DNA of 63,217 bases, the filler included, from Collodictyon triciliatum (Eukaryota), in assembly GCA_043381765.1 (NCBI GenBank). It is 12 parts of 11 records of this genome, joined end to end, with 100 filler letters (N's around TTAATTAATTAA, not from the genome) between each part and the next. Parts side by side here need not be neighbours in the genome. Positions count along the whole stretch, not along the records: positions 12,405 to 18,505 come from JBHJMP010004706.1; positions 18,606 to 21,357 come from JBHJMP010004707.1; positions 21,458 to 23,618 come from JBHJMP010004707.1; positions 23,719 to 29,807 come from JBHJMP010004708.1; 8 more parts are not named here. One strand, given 5' to 3'. The stretch's first letter is position 1. Each line of letters opens with the position of its first letter. The position numbers and the translations under genes are program-made. Positions 12,551 to 25,853 of this stretch are shown one piece after another. Below the pieces are notes generated by a model. That model saw only the letters and a program-made list of their open reading frames with translations, was not told the origin of the DNA and searched no databases.

Positions 12551-15500
12551 ACTTGTTTGTATGGTAAATATAAAAAGCCATATCGCGCCCCTGGTTCATA
12601 CCCAGGTCGATCAAACATTTTTCTCACTTTCCACCAAACGAATATTGGAAACCCGATCATGAAAAGAAAGAACACGACAATCGAAATTGAAAGCAGTTCT
12701 TTGTATTCAACTGAAAGGGGGGAACACTCAATCCAAGGGGCAAAGTTAAGAAACCATATACCAGTTCCAGAATCATATACAGTGCACCCAAATACACCAA
12801 AAACCTCTCTTGCGATCGAGTAGTAAATAAGAAACAAAAGATTCAAAGTAATGAAGACTGCCTAACCAAATTAGTCATGTGAGATATTATAAAGTATACA
12901 AAACATCTTAACATAACACTTGCCTTGTTTTGCATGCGTCCATATCCAAAGAAGTATGCTATTGCGCCAGATAGTATAAAAATGGGTATTCGAGAAAAAC
13001 TGAATATAATTGATTCAAAAACAGCATTAGAACCAATGATACATGCCAAATTTGGAAATGAGATGGAACCAAAAGACGAGGATATCTCGATAAAATTATT
13101 AAATTCCTCTGATTCAACGAGACCAGAGGAGATGACCGACAGAGTTTGCATGTGAAACATGATGATCCGAAGTTTCGCTTCAGAGAGAAAAATACAATAA
13201 ATAAAATAATAACGGTAGACAATTATTATTATTATTATTATTCATTTGGTTGATAAAAAGGAGATGTCACTATAAATGAAAAACATACCCGACTTTGGAG
13301 ATTCCGAAAAGTATAATTGTCCAATAAACAAACAGAATCCAATAGTACCTACTATGAGAGTCCAGTAAGCAGTTGTTTTCTCACATTTAATACACGACCT
13401 TCCTTGATTTCCATAACCCTCCTGGCATTTTGAACATGCATGGCCTTCATACCCATTCTCACATAATTTTATAGAATTAATGGATGAATTTTGGTTGGTA
13501 AGCACTGTCGGTATGACGGTTTTGCATGAATCAGGTTGAGGACATGGGAGAACCAATTTTATGTTTTCGATATTCGGGGAAGCGTAGCATTCTTTTAATG
13601 ACTTTCCATCCACACAGTCGCATTCTCCAGGGCATTGAATACAATTATTCCCGTAACCAAAATAATTTGGAAGGCATTGGCAGAATTCAAAATCATAGTA
13701 CATCGGATTTAAGTCAACGCGTGTTTCAACGAGACCTACGTTTGCAGTTGTAGAAGGGCACATGAAGAGATTCGTTTTGTCCTCTAAATTAAATGGTTCC
13801 TTATAGGACATATATGATGGAAGTAGATTTTCCTGTCCATGGTGCATACAGGTATTCTTAAATCCTAAATATTCAAGCTTAGAAAAGCGGCTATAAGATT
13901 CGGGGATGGTCCCTAAAATGGGGTTGCCGGAAAGATCTAGGCGAGTCCACTTTAAAAGTCTCGTCAAATCCCCTAACTTGGATATTTTATTGTTTTTCAA
14001 GCTTAAATCCTTTAAATTAGGGACATAATTAAAAATAGACCATTTTAGTTCCCCGTAAAGTCCATTATCATCTAAGTTGAGAGTCTCATAAGTATAGTTG
14101 TAGTACTTTGACGATGGCGATATAAAATCTCCGACTTCACCTGTGAATGAATTATTTCTCAAATCGACAGACACCAAATTGGCCAAATTCCAAAAAAGAA
14201 TGGGCATGTTCCCATGAAATCGGTTGTGAGATATTGACAAAGACTTGAGTTGGTACGTTGTTTCAAAGTACGTAGGTATCACACCACCCATTTTATTTCT
14301 TGATAAATCTATGTATTGTATGGAAGAAATACTCAAATCTGGAGATATGGAACCGCCTATATGATTCTCACTCACATCCAACGAAATCAACTTTGGTAAA
14401 TTTAAAGCAGGCAAGGTTCCATTGAGACGGTTTCTAAATGTTATGATTTCTTCTATGCAAAGACATCTTGTGAAGTCTGGGATCTCACCATGCAGTTCAT
14501 TTTCATATGCTGAAAAAGAAGTGATAGTATATAGGTGTTCGAATTGTGGGATATTTCCTATCATAAATTCATTTAGTTTTACTAAAGTGTCATTCGGGAT
14601 TATTATTATTTTACGAAAACTGGGCGTATGTAAATTTCAAATATTCTTTTTATTACCTGTAAAATAATTACGTGATACATCTAATGTATTTAAAATACTC
14701 AGCTGATCGAAGTTAATGATGCTCCCTGTAAAAAAAAAAGTATGAAATATAATATTGGATGATAAAAAATTCTTGAAAAGCTAATTATACAATTATAAAA
14801 ACAAACAAACAAACAAACAAACAAACAAACAAACAAACAAACAAACAAACAAACAAACAAACAAACAAACAAACAAACAAACAAACAAACAAACAAACCT
14901 GTGAACTCGTTATTCGAAAGGTTCAATATGTTGGCTTGGGTGATAAATCCGAAATTCGGAATTGACCCTTAAAAATCTTTCTTTCAAAATTTATCATATG
15001 CAGTTATTGTCTACATGTTTTCTTTTTTGTTCGATCATATGTTGTGGAAAAACAACTAAAACTACCACTAAAAAATAAATTAAAAGGAGGAATATAAATA
15101 TAAAAAACCATTCAGCTTGTTCCCGGATAGCTCCATTAGTGAAACAATTGGCATATTTGCAAAATCAGGAACAGTACCTGATATGATATGAAAGTGGGAT
15201 TTAATTTCTCTCTTTTTTCTTTTACACGCATGAGCGGTGACTCATATAATTTTATGATATACTTTATTTTGATAAAATATTCTAAATATTAAAAAATTCA
15301 ATCACCAGTGAGTTTGTTACTGNNNNNNNNNNNNNNNNNNNNNNNNNNNNNNNNNNNNNNNNNNNNNNNNNNNNNNNNNNNNNNNNNNNNNNNNNNNNNN
15401 NNNNNNNNNNNNNNNNNNNNNNNNNNNNNNNNNNNNNNNNNNNNNNNNNNNNNNNNNNNNNNNNNNNNNNNNNNNNNNNNNNNNNNNNNNNNNNNNNNNN

Positions 15501-17219
15501 NNNNNNNNNNNNNNNNNNNNNNNNNNNNNNNNNNNNNNNNNNNNNNNNNNNNNNNNNNNNNNNNNNNNNNNNNNNNNNNNNNNNNNNNNNNNNNNNNNNN
15601 NNNNNNNNNNNNNNNNNNNNNNNNNNNNNNNNNNNNNNNNNNNNNNNNNNNNNNNNNNNNNNNNNNNNNNNNNNNNNNNNNNNNNNNNNNNNNNNNNNNN
15701 NNNNNNNNNNNNNNNNNNNNNNNNNNNNNNNNNNNNNNNNNNNNNNNNNNNNNNNNNNNNNNNNNNNNNNNNNNNNNNNNNNNNNNNNNNNNNNNNNNNN
15801 NNNNNNNNNNNNNNNNNNNNNNNNNNNNNNNNNNNNNNNNNNNNNNNNNNNNNNNNNNNNNNNNNNNNNNNAAAGATGTAAACTTACCACCCAACGGATT
15901 ACTGTATATGTATACATGGGTCGCAAAATGAATGCAGCAAAAATCAGGCACTGTTCCTATTTTTTTTGGATGTATATGCTTTTAGCATATCTTTCAAATA
16001 TATTAATCAATTAAAAAGGATTAAATCGGTTCCGCTTCATATATACAACAGTGATTTGTCAACCTGTTAGTTGATTATCAAATAAGTAAAGCTTGTATAT
16101 ATTTGGCGTCTCATGAAATTCAGGAATGGTTCCTATTGCAAAGACGAAACCTCAAGTTAAAAGCCATAATTTCATACCGAATTTAAGCGATGCAAATATT
16201 TTTAAACCACATGATAGGCTATTATACCATAAATTTGAGTTCCTGTTATCGACAGCAGCTGAATATTTGGTATAAATGAAAACTCAGGTAATGAGCCTAC
16301 AAGATGAATTACGGTCAGCTATAAAAATAATAATATAACAATAAAAATGTTGATAGTTATAAAACCTGATATTTTTTTACTATATCCGATAACGAGGTTC
16401 GCAATCAAAGGAATTTCAGAAAAATTCGGAATGCTTCCATCAAGTGTGTTTCGATGAATTCTTAAATTTGTGACACATGGCAATCCCTTGAAATCAGGAA
16501 TGGTTCCAGTAATTTGATTAAGCCAAAGATCCAGATAAGAAAGATATGGCAAATTGAGGTCAAGTAAACTCCCATAAATTAAATTGTTTCCAAAATTAAT
16601 ATGTGTGAGGTATGGGAGTTGCTCCAATAGATCCGATAAATCCTGAATATCCCCTAAAAGATTATTCTTTTGCATTTGGAATCCTGTAACAGCACATGTA
16701 TTCTCCTAAAATATAAAATAATATCAGAGAAATATGCATTAATTTAAATACAAATAACATTTATCCGCGTACCAATATCGCTTCATAAGGACAATCTTTC
16801 ATGCAAATTACACCAAACCAATGGCAAACTGGCATGGTAGTATTATTCCACCCAGTATTATCAATCCAGTTCTCCCCATCAAAGGAATTAAAAATTTTGA
16901 GCAGAATGTCATATTGATCAGAAATTGTATTTTTAGACTTTTTTAAAGTGATTTCTCCTGCTTCATAAAAATCAATTTCATCGAACTCTTTTTCAAAATT
17001 GGATATCCTCACACCTTTCATTTTAGAATACCTTTGATTATCCAATTTTTCATTCAATTTCTTATTATCAGGCTCAGGAACGTTCTCTTGTTGATATGAT
17101 TGACTGCAATTCAAAATTGATGAATATCGTATGTATTCGCGATCCATTGGTATTTTGGAATGAAAGCAATGATGGTCGTATATCTCTAAAAGAATCTTAA
17201 AAGCATCGTCTTGTTTCAT
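12551..17219 (-). CDS. LRR ectodomain + Cys-rich region + multipass transmembrane receptor-like protein (3'-truncated, contains a gap)
   Basis: LRR N-cap (GENWIDNTGW..VCHWFGVIC), many LxxLxLxxNxLxGxIP repeats, Cys-rich CENGYEGHACSKCQEGY..CIKC, then several hydrophobic helices ending RYGFLYLPYKQ. An in-frame hydrophobic stretch (LLLLAFLFLF) lies just upstream of the ATG at 17219, so the true start may be in an unrecognised exon. Confidence 0.85.
14799..14898. repeat. (AAAC)n microsatellite starting at a splice donor
   Basis: Reads GTTTGTTT... on the minus strand immediately after a 69-nt LRR exon. Confidence 0.95.
15323..15871. other. Scaffold gap inside the LRR gene
   Basis: N run without a linker; LRR exons continue in the same orientation on both sides. 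Confidence 0.95.
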
Positions 17220-17474
17220 AGAAAGTAGGTCGTTTCGGGTGTAGTGACAACTATTTGAAAGGATAACTGGGTTATAAAAAAGAAATAAAAATGCAAGTAG
17301 TAATAATTCGTTTCTTTGTGAGCTTTGGCAAGGTTATGATCAAGTTCGACCTTTGGTGTGAAAAGCTATTGCGGGGGAAACTAACAACGATTAGCGATAG
17401 GATTATGAGCCAAAAGCTCCTTTTGAGAAGATTTCAGCAGGTTAATATACTTGTACTATTTTATGGTACATTAA

Positions 17475-17576
<102 letters not shown>

Positions 17577-18605
17577 GTACTAAATTGAGCATCATGGAGA
17601 CTTCTAAATATATTTGTACCTAATTTTCATCCATAATGTATAGATCTTGAAAGACTGAGATTTGTTAACGAACTTAGTCTGATATCATTTTTCTTGTAAT
17701 TTTATTTCCTCATTTATAACGAACATATTTTAAATTTGTAAAATGATTGAAGTTATCCATTTAGCTTTGTCCTTCTTATGATTTGTATTTACTTGTGTTA
17801 AAATAAATAAACATAATATTATTTTTCGAAAATGAACCTTTTTAATCAAGATCGGGGTTATGCGACCTATTTTTTTATTCAGTCATTTATTAAACATTCA
17901 AGTTAATCCTTTCAGACAAGAGCCTAGTATTTTAAATTGATTTTTTTTTATTATCGAGTTAAGTACATAAATATCTTTACCTATGTGTGAACGCGCCTAT
18001 CATGATATTTTGTTAAATTAAGATTTCGTCAGCAATTTCCAAAAATTAATCATTATTACTTCCTAAATTGTCTACCAGAGTGTATTTAAATATACCTCTA
18101 ATGCACTGGAGTCAAGTTTTTCTGATCTATGAGTTGAGTTGAAGTATTTTAGTATTTTTATCTTATTATTGAAATGTTAAAATGCAAGAAAAAAAAAACG
18201 TACGAACAAAAATCAAGTCGGTGCCATTTTGTAGTCGAACAAGCTTCTGTGGCACGGACGGATGAGGAAAGGAAAATATAGATAAGATTTAATGACATGA
18301 AAATGAACCCAATTTCCGCTAAAGGTAACGTATCCTCAAAGAGACTGATATAATTATATGTAAAATGAAGATGAAAAGGTGAAAAGATAAAAAAAATATA
18401 AAAAAATATAAAAAAAGATAAAAAAAGATAAAAAAGATAAAAAAAGATAAAAAAAGATAAAAAAAAGATAAAAAAAGATAAAAAAAGATAAAAAAAGATA
18501 AAAAANNNNNNNNNNNNNNNNNNNNNNNNNNNNNNNNNNNNNNNNNNNNTTAATTAATTAANNNNNNNNNNNNNNNNNNNNNNNNNNNNNNNNNNNNNNN
18601 NNNNN

Positions 18606-18771
18606 ATCAAGAGAAGCGCCAAAAGGAATACGAAAAGCAGCTTCGACAAGAAAAAGATTACTTGGATGCAAGGTTTCTTTCCTCTACATTTCCAACCAAC
18701 CCCATCCGCCCATTCTACCAAGCACCACTTCTATTTGTGATAAATACTCTATCATTATACGCATACATTTA

Positions 18772-18858
<87 letters not shown>

Positions 18859-20786
18859 CGTAGTCATCATCTGCACCCATCTTTTATGTTTATGCTTCAA
18901 TTATATCAAACTTTTTCATAAAGACTACCATAGACGAGCAATTTTTCTGTGCCCTTGTATAACCTTTTCGTATTTATTTTGCTCGCTCTTTAGAAAGGCA
19001 TTGTCAGGAAAGCTGGAGGAAGACGAAGGAAAGCGTGGAGTCAGCTTCATGTACGAACCGCCTCCTGGCTACTTAGCTGCGGTCGCAGCTGCGAGTATGT
19101 TTACCTCCTGGACAGTCCAATAAGATTAGATTCTGTTACATAGACATGATTATTTTGAAAAAGAAATTGTTTGTCGTCTTTTTGTTTATTTTGTATTGTT
19201 TTGATTCACACTCCACAGCAAAAGTGGAGGAGGAAAAAAAACCAGATGATCGCCCTGAATGGGCAAAAAATGCACCAGTTGCGGGAGCGTATGTCCCTCG
19301 CTTCATTATTTTTTTAAATAAAAAGATTACAAGAAGAAAAGAGAAATCACAATAGTGAAAATATTATGCCTTCAGAAATGTATCGTCGAGTTATATAATT
19401 TTTTTCATTTTTCGATGCATATTTCCATGGGTTTGTCAATCATAATGTTTAGTGGATGCGCGTTCTTAAGCATGTAATACTGATTGAGTGTTATGACTAT
19501 CTACCCCATCTTCATAATTAGCTTTACCGAGGGAATGAAAGTAAATTTTAGGCCTCTTGGAATTGAGGTAACTCTTGCTTATAATAGCATTTGAAGTTTT
19601 CATTTGCCTATGCGATTACTCAACAGTATTCTGCCCATATATATGCTTAAATCATGGAGATTCATGCACAATTATTATTGGTATCAGGTTCGCAACATGC
19701 GCTGTATTCGCTGCGGAGAACGAGGACATTCAACAGGAGACCGCGAATGCATGATGAAAGACCACAATCCGAACGGTATGATTGTTTCCTTATGTTCCTC
19801 AATTTAAAAAAAGTCTTTAGTGCGCTCTTTATATCACAATTTAAGAATGGAGAGGAACATAAAATTAAAATATAGATTTTGAAAGGCTCAATTGAAACCT
19901 CATTTTTAATTATTTTTAATAAAAAAAAAAAATTTCATGCAACGATGAAAGATTCTCAACGGATGCTCAGAGAAGACCCCATGTCCGCATTATATGCAGG
20001 TATTTGCATTTCATCGATTGGACCTATTTTGCTATGCGTTTTTTTGCCGTGGCTATCTTGTCTCAATTCCTATGTCAATGTCTAGGAAGTTTGACGAGAG
20101 TAAACTATTTTAATGTTAACTCTTTTTCGAATGATTTTAAGGGTCAAAGCCAGGCTCAACAAAATTTGTGATGAAGACTATGGACAGAGAAGTAGATCCC
20201 AGCGACCCTAACAGCGTACGGGACTTTATTTCATGGATTGAAATCAACAAACAAGAAAAAAAACCAACAATTAGTAGACTCGATATCTTTAATATGTTCT
20301 TTACTGATAAATTTGCAAATCACAGCAAATCTTGGCAGAGTCGGAGGATGAGGTAGACCCAGAGTATGAATTCCTTGCCAGCTTGTCAGAAAAAGAAAAG
20401 AAGAAGCTACTAAAGTAAAAGGATGATAATTGTAGTTTTATTGAATGATTGATGGTCTATTACTTTTCATGAACCTTTCATAACGGAGCTTTTGCATACA
20501 TAAGAGAATAGTTCTAGCGTCTGACTCAATCAACCCCCTATAAACCCTCAGAGAACTAAAGAAGAAGCGCAAAGAGAAAAAGCCCAAAAAGGACAAGGAG
20601 CGCAAACGCAGCGGTGGTTCAAAGGGGTCCAGAAAGTCAAAGAGCTCAAGGCGCGGTGATGAATCCGATGGTAGTGACAGCAGCAGCAGCAGTGATAGTG
20701 AAAAAAGTGATGATTCGCATCACAAGAAAAAGAAACATGCACACAAGAAGGACAGGGGCACCGAAAAGACTAAAGTCCGCAAATGA
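18606..20786 (+). CDS. CIR1: CIR1 (corepressor interacting with RBPJ)-like zinc-knuckle protein, 5'-truncated
   Basis: GVSFMYEPPPG, RPEWAKNAP, RPLGIEVRNMRCIRCGERGHSTGDREC, REDPM, DPEYEFLASLSEKEKKKLL, and a K/S-rich tail ending KVRK-TGA (20784-20786). Confidence 0.88.
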
Positions 20787-21829
20787 TAAATAAATCGCGG
20801 GTAGTGCACAGCCCGATGTTCTAGTCATGCAGATTTGGTTGGGAAGGTAAATTGCGCCTGATGGTTTTTTTTTAAATCGCTTATCTTTCTTCATTTGGTT
20901 CCTTGTTGTTATTGTTGTTTTTTCTTAATCTTGTTTGCTTTTCTTTGCAACTGGCAGCTGTTGACGATTCCGTTGTTGGGACAGCAGCGAAGCAAAGAAT
21001 CGGTTTTAATTCAAATGCGGAACTTACATATATAATACTTTTTGTTTGATTCAGGGCGAGCTATGCCATATGAATAAAAATAAATCATCAAAATTATTAA
21101 TATTGTGTCAAATAAAAGAAATCTTGTGTCACGAACTATCTGTGGCTAGGGTTCCTGTCTCCACGCAACCAACCAACGCAGGTGCCACCAAACTATATAT
21201 ATAATAGCTTTGTGACGCATCGCCCTTTTCTCCCAATGGAAACCGCATTTCTAAAACCCTCTTTTGTACGTGAAGCCCACTCAGTTGATCTGAATCCACA
21301 TCCTTTTTGGTCAATCGACCTGTTGGCACACCCACAAAACGCTTCAAAACGCCGTTTNNNNNNNNNNNNNNNNNNNNNNNNNNNNNNNNNNNNNNNNNNN
21401 NTTAATTAATTAANNNNNNNNNNNNNNNNNNNNNNNNNNNNNNNNNNNNNNNNNNNNTCAAGCTCACGTAAAAACCAAGACCTACACACCTTCACACCTT
21501 CACACCTTCGAGCCAAAAACTAAAGAAAAAACAAATTGAAAAAAAGAAAAAAAGAAAAAAAGAAAAAAAGAAAAAAAGAAAAAAAGAAAAAAACAAAAAA
21601 GAAAAAAACAAAAAAGAAGAAAAGAAGAAAAGAAGAAAAAACAAAACAAAAAACAAAAAACAAAAAAACAAAAAAACAAAAAACCAAAAAACCAAAAAAA
21701 GAAAAAAAGAAAAAAAGAAAAAAAGAAAAAAAGAAAAAAAGAAAAAAAGAAAAAAAGAAAAAAAGAAAAAAAGAAAAAAAGAAAAAAAGAAAAATCTAAT
21801 AACCCCACTTCGCTTCTTTGGACATGCAG

Positions 21830-23474
21830 CTGGAAGCTACTTCAATGCCGAAACGCTCACATACCCCGAGTACAGTGGCTTCGACTTCCACGGCTGCAAC
21901 GGCTGCACATCCACTTGTGAAATTAATAATTATCAGGACCGCTACCAGGTTTCCTATTGATAGACGTATTTCTTTGTCTACTATCACTTCATAGCGTGGG
22001 ATAACCAGCAAATCACACGATTGGAGCCAGACTAATGAGCGAGAATGCTTTTGCTCAGGTGCAATGGTGTAGGCTGAATCGTCTTCGTGACCTTGAGACT
22101 GAAGACCGGTCTTATGTCGCCCCTCGCATCGCTGGCTACATGAACGACCTCATCAGTATTGGTGTGGCAGGATTCCGGCTGGATGCCGCTAAACACATGC
22201 CTGTCGCTGATGTCTCTTACATCGTCTCCCTTCTCCGCGACCGCACAGACGGAAAGGGCCGCCCTTTCATCTTCTCGGTTTGTTTGCAACAATCACTTTC
22301 ACTTTTCAGCTTGGAAACAACCTTGTGAAGTTTGTATAGGTTGTATTCCCAAGACAAATAGCTGGATATCAACGTCAACATATAGGAAGTCATTGACCTT
22401 GGATACGAGCCTATTACCAGCAAAGAATATGTCGGACTTGGTCGTGTCACTGAGTTCAAATATGGTAATATCTGATAAAAAATGTGCATTGAATAACCTC
22501 GCTACACTTTGAATCGAATAAAGGAAAAAAAATGTGCATTGACATGGATACTATGCGCAATTGCAAGAGACTGTAGGAAATGTAGCTGTAATTAAACATG
22601 TTCTCCCCTCTCCTATGTTATCTTCTTTTGTTTGGAACATAAGGAATGGAGCTTGGCAAGTGCTTCCGCAACGTCAACGGACAGCGGATTGCGTATCTGC
22701 GGGAGTTTGGAGAGAAGTGGGGCTTCCTGCCCAGCCAGCAGTCCATGGCCTTCACGGATAACCACGACAATCAGCGCGGCCACGGAGCAGGAGGGTTCAG
22801 AGACATACACATACATATGCACACACGCACATACACACACATTCACACACATTCACACACACATCCATCCATCCATCCATCCATCCATCCATCCATCCAT
22901 CCATCCATCCACACACATATACACACATACACAGATATACTTTATTTTGAAATAATCGAGCTCATACAAGAAACAGCAGCCATGGTTAGGCGACGACCTT
23001 ATTTGTACTTCGAATATGTCTCTTGATGCATGAAGAGCAATATTTCTTAGGGTACTCTTTTTTTTTTTCTCTTTCAATTCTTGTAGCTATGAGTTCCTTG
23101 TCACCCACGCGATGCCGCGAGAGTACACACTAGCGAATGTAAGAGCATGGCTTAGTTGGTTGGATATGCACCAATTTATGCAACTCGCTTTGTGAACATA
23201 TCTGTGTGGTCAAGGGCACCAGAATGAGGCTATACATCATTTTTTTTTATTATTATTATTATTATTCTAAAAATCTTAGCTGCTGAGTCTGTCTCAACAA
23301 TCAGGGTTTACAACATATATCCGGAATTGAAGCATTTTCATCTCTCCCCTTTCTGATGTACTACACACATGCAGATTTTCATGCTCGCATGGGACTATGG
23401 ATACGTGCAAGTGATGTCCAGCTACTACTGGCCGCGCAACTTCCAAAATGGTGTGGACGTGAACGACTGGATGG
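21830..23474 (+). CDS. Animal-type GH13 alpha-amylase, internal fragment
   Basis: [13 protein letters not shown] (nucleophile Asp), FIFSEVIDLG (acid/base Glu), [24 protein letters not shown] and [33 protein letters not shown], spread over at least 6 GT-AG exons. Confidence 0.95.
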
Positions 23475-23860
23475 GTTTGTGCTTATGAGCTTGTCCTCTC
23501 CGCTCTATATGGAATGATAGTCTCGTTTCCATGATGTGTATCGCCGAGGGCGAAAGAAAAAATAGTGCGGTGTGAGGTATATGTAAGGGGGCTTGTTTGT
23601 GGGTTTCTCATATCCAACNNNNNNNNNNNNNNNNNNNNNNNNNNNNNNNNNNNNNNNNNNNNTTAATTAATTAANNNNNNNNNNNNNNNNNNNNNNNNNN
23701 NNNNNNNNNNNNNNNNNNTTTTATCTTTTTATCTTTTTATCTTTTTATCTTTTTATCTTTTTATCTTTTTATCTTTTTATCTTTTTATCTTTTTATCTTT
23801 TTATCTTTTTATCTTTTTATCTTTTTATCTTTTTATCTTTTTTTTTTTTTTTTTTTTTTA

Positions 23861-23916
<56 letters not shown>

Positions 23917-24131
23917 AAACCTCTTTTTTTATTTTTCCTCCAAAAAAAAAAAAAAAAAAAAAAACAACGTCAGTTTAGTATTTGAAGAGAGTCTGAAATG
24001 TAAATTACATCACAAGGTAGAGGAATTAATAATATCAATAGCAAAATGCAGAAACAGAAATACACACAAAAATCGACACAGTATCTTCGAATAATAAAAC
24101 TAAGAAAACGTGAAGAGGGGAGTTGAGATAC

Positions 24132-25853
24132 CCACCACCATTGCTGGGTGAATACTTCATGCGATTTATCATGTCCAAGAGTCCGAACGCTCAGGTATAT
24201 GCAAGTTACGGCCACATCGATGGCACGGTGTTTCAAGCAGAGAGGAGCAAATAAACTGTACATAAGCCGTGTTTTTTTTTTTTTTTTGGTTCAAATTCAA
24301 ACTAGCTTTATGTGGATATGTTTTTTTTTCTCTTTCTATCATTCGATTTGAAGAAATATGTATTTATAAATTTTCAATTTCAATATTCCATTGCATGGAA
24401 TGAAAGCAAGGAGGTGATTTTTTTTTTAAAATACAAAAGAAAAAAACATATGATAAGGAGTAAAATGAAACCTTTTCTTTGCGCATCCCCAAGCCTTACG
24501 TGATAGGATATGCAAGTCCTGATCGCCAAGGATACCTTGACAAATGTAGATATAACGTTTAGACGGCTGTTTGTGATGTTTCTTGGCGGTTGAATACGAT
24601 TGAAAAAAATAAATTAAAACACATATATTAAGTGAAGAACAAATGGGAGGAAATATCGGCGAAAAAATACATAAGGATGAACCACAAGAGCTTTATCACC
24701 TACCATGAAATCGCATCATTATTTTCAATAAGTATTGATAAGGATGCCGCACGTTTACTTCATAATTAATCACTTGCAAAATTAGCGTTTCGACATGGAG
24801 GAGGTGCTCAAGTATCTCATTGAACTCCTGGTATTGATGTAAAAAGCTTTAACATCAATCTTATTGGATTTGATAGGTTTGAGTTGAACGTAAAATGATT
24901 TTGTAAAACGATAATTGAAGCGACAGTCCATAAAGTGGATTATAAAAAAAAAGTACCCGACTGTCTTGGGGTAGTGTGGACTTCCATGGAGTCAGATGTT
25001 GTGATATGAGGAGGGTATCCATTTCAGATGCAATTTCTCTTAACCGGAACCGAGTGTCTTCAATTTTTCCAGCGAGAAACAAACACGATCCCATCACAAT
25101 CTGGATAGTCATACACGACGAAAACAAAGTGGGTATTTATCTTAATTGTTCGATTTAAATAAAAGCAAAACAAAAATAGGAACGCAGGGAATATAAGGTA
25201 TATGAAGAGGAAAGGAAACAAAGAAGCAGAAATAAAAATGCTTATAGGAGGTAAAATAAACTACAAGCTTGTAAGTAGCTACTTTTATCATGAGAATGGA
25301 AAATAGGAGAGTTCGAATGTAATTGTTGTTGCTTACATGTCTGTCGAAGATGAAAAAAGAATAGTTCTCAAAGAATTTGTGGAACAAAATACTCGCACAT
25401 GCAACTGTCCCGATCGGCCTATGAATTGAGCTGGTTAGAAATTATACTTTACATACATCGATATTGATTTATAAAACAGATATACATAATATCCATTGAA
25501 TATAAAAAACCAATCGCGTGATAAGGAGATTTATGATTTAAATATGATAAATTAGTTTACATGGTGTCGATGGTTTTGTTTTGGGAACAAGCAAATCGAT
25601 GCAACATAAATAAAAAAACAAAAAACAAAAAACAAAACAAAAAACACAAAACACAAAACAAAAAACAAAAAACAAAAACATAAATAAAATAAAAACAAAA
25701 AAACAAAAGACAAATAAAAATAAAAATAAAAATAAAAATAAAAAACAAAATAAAAATAAAAGCGTACGCTCGAAGCCTCTTTCCGATGGCCAACAGGAAC
25801 TCCACCCCTGCCTTATGCAGAATGAGCTTATTCTTTGTTGCAGGGGCATCCAT
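24132..25853 (-). CDS. Transcriptional cyclin (cyclin K/T/Q family, closest in feel to cyclin Q/FAM58), probably 3'-truncated
   Basis: PIGTVACASILFHKFF, SCLFLAGKIEDTRFRLREI, ETLILQVINYEVNVRHPYQYL and KAWG..SLFAPLCLKHRAIDVAVTCIYL..WW; the exons join in frame. Confidence 0.85.

Noticed and set aside
14799-14898. Many perfect microsatellites share a length of about 80-100 nt
   Set aside because: Most simply explained by read or k-mer length limits in assembly, not a biological length rule.
21129-21357. Minus-strand open frame running to the contig end
   Set aside because: Could be the last exon of a convergent gene, but it is short with no recognisable domain.
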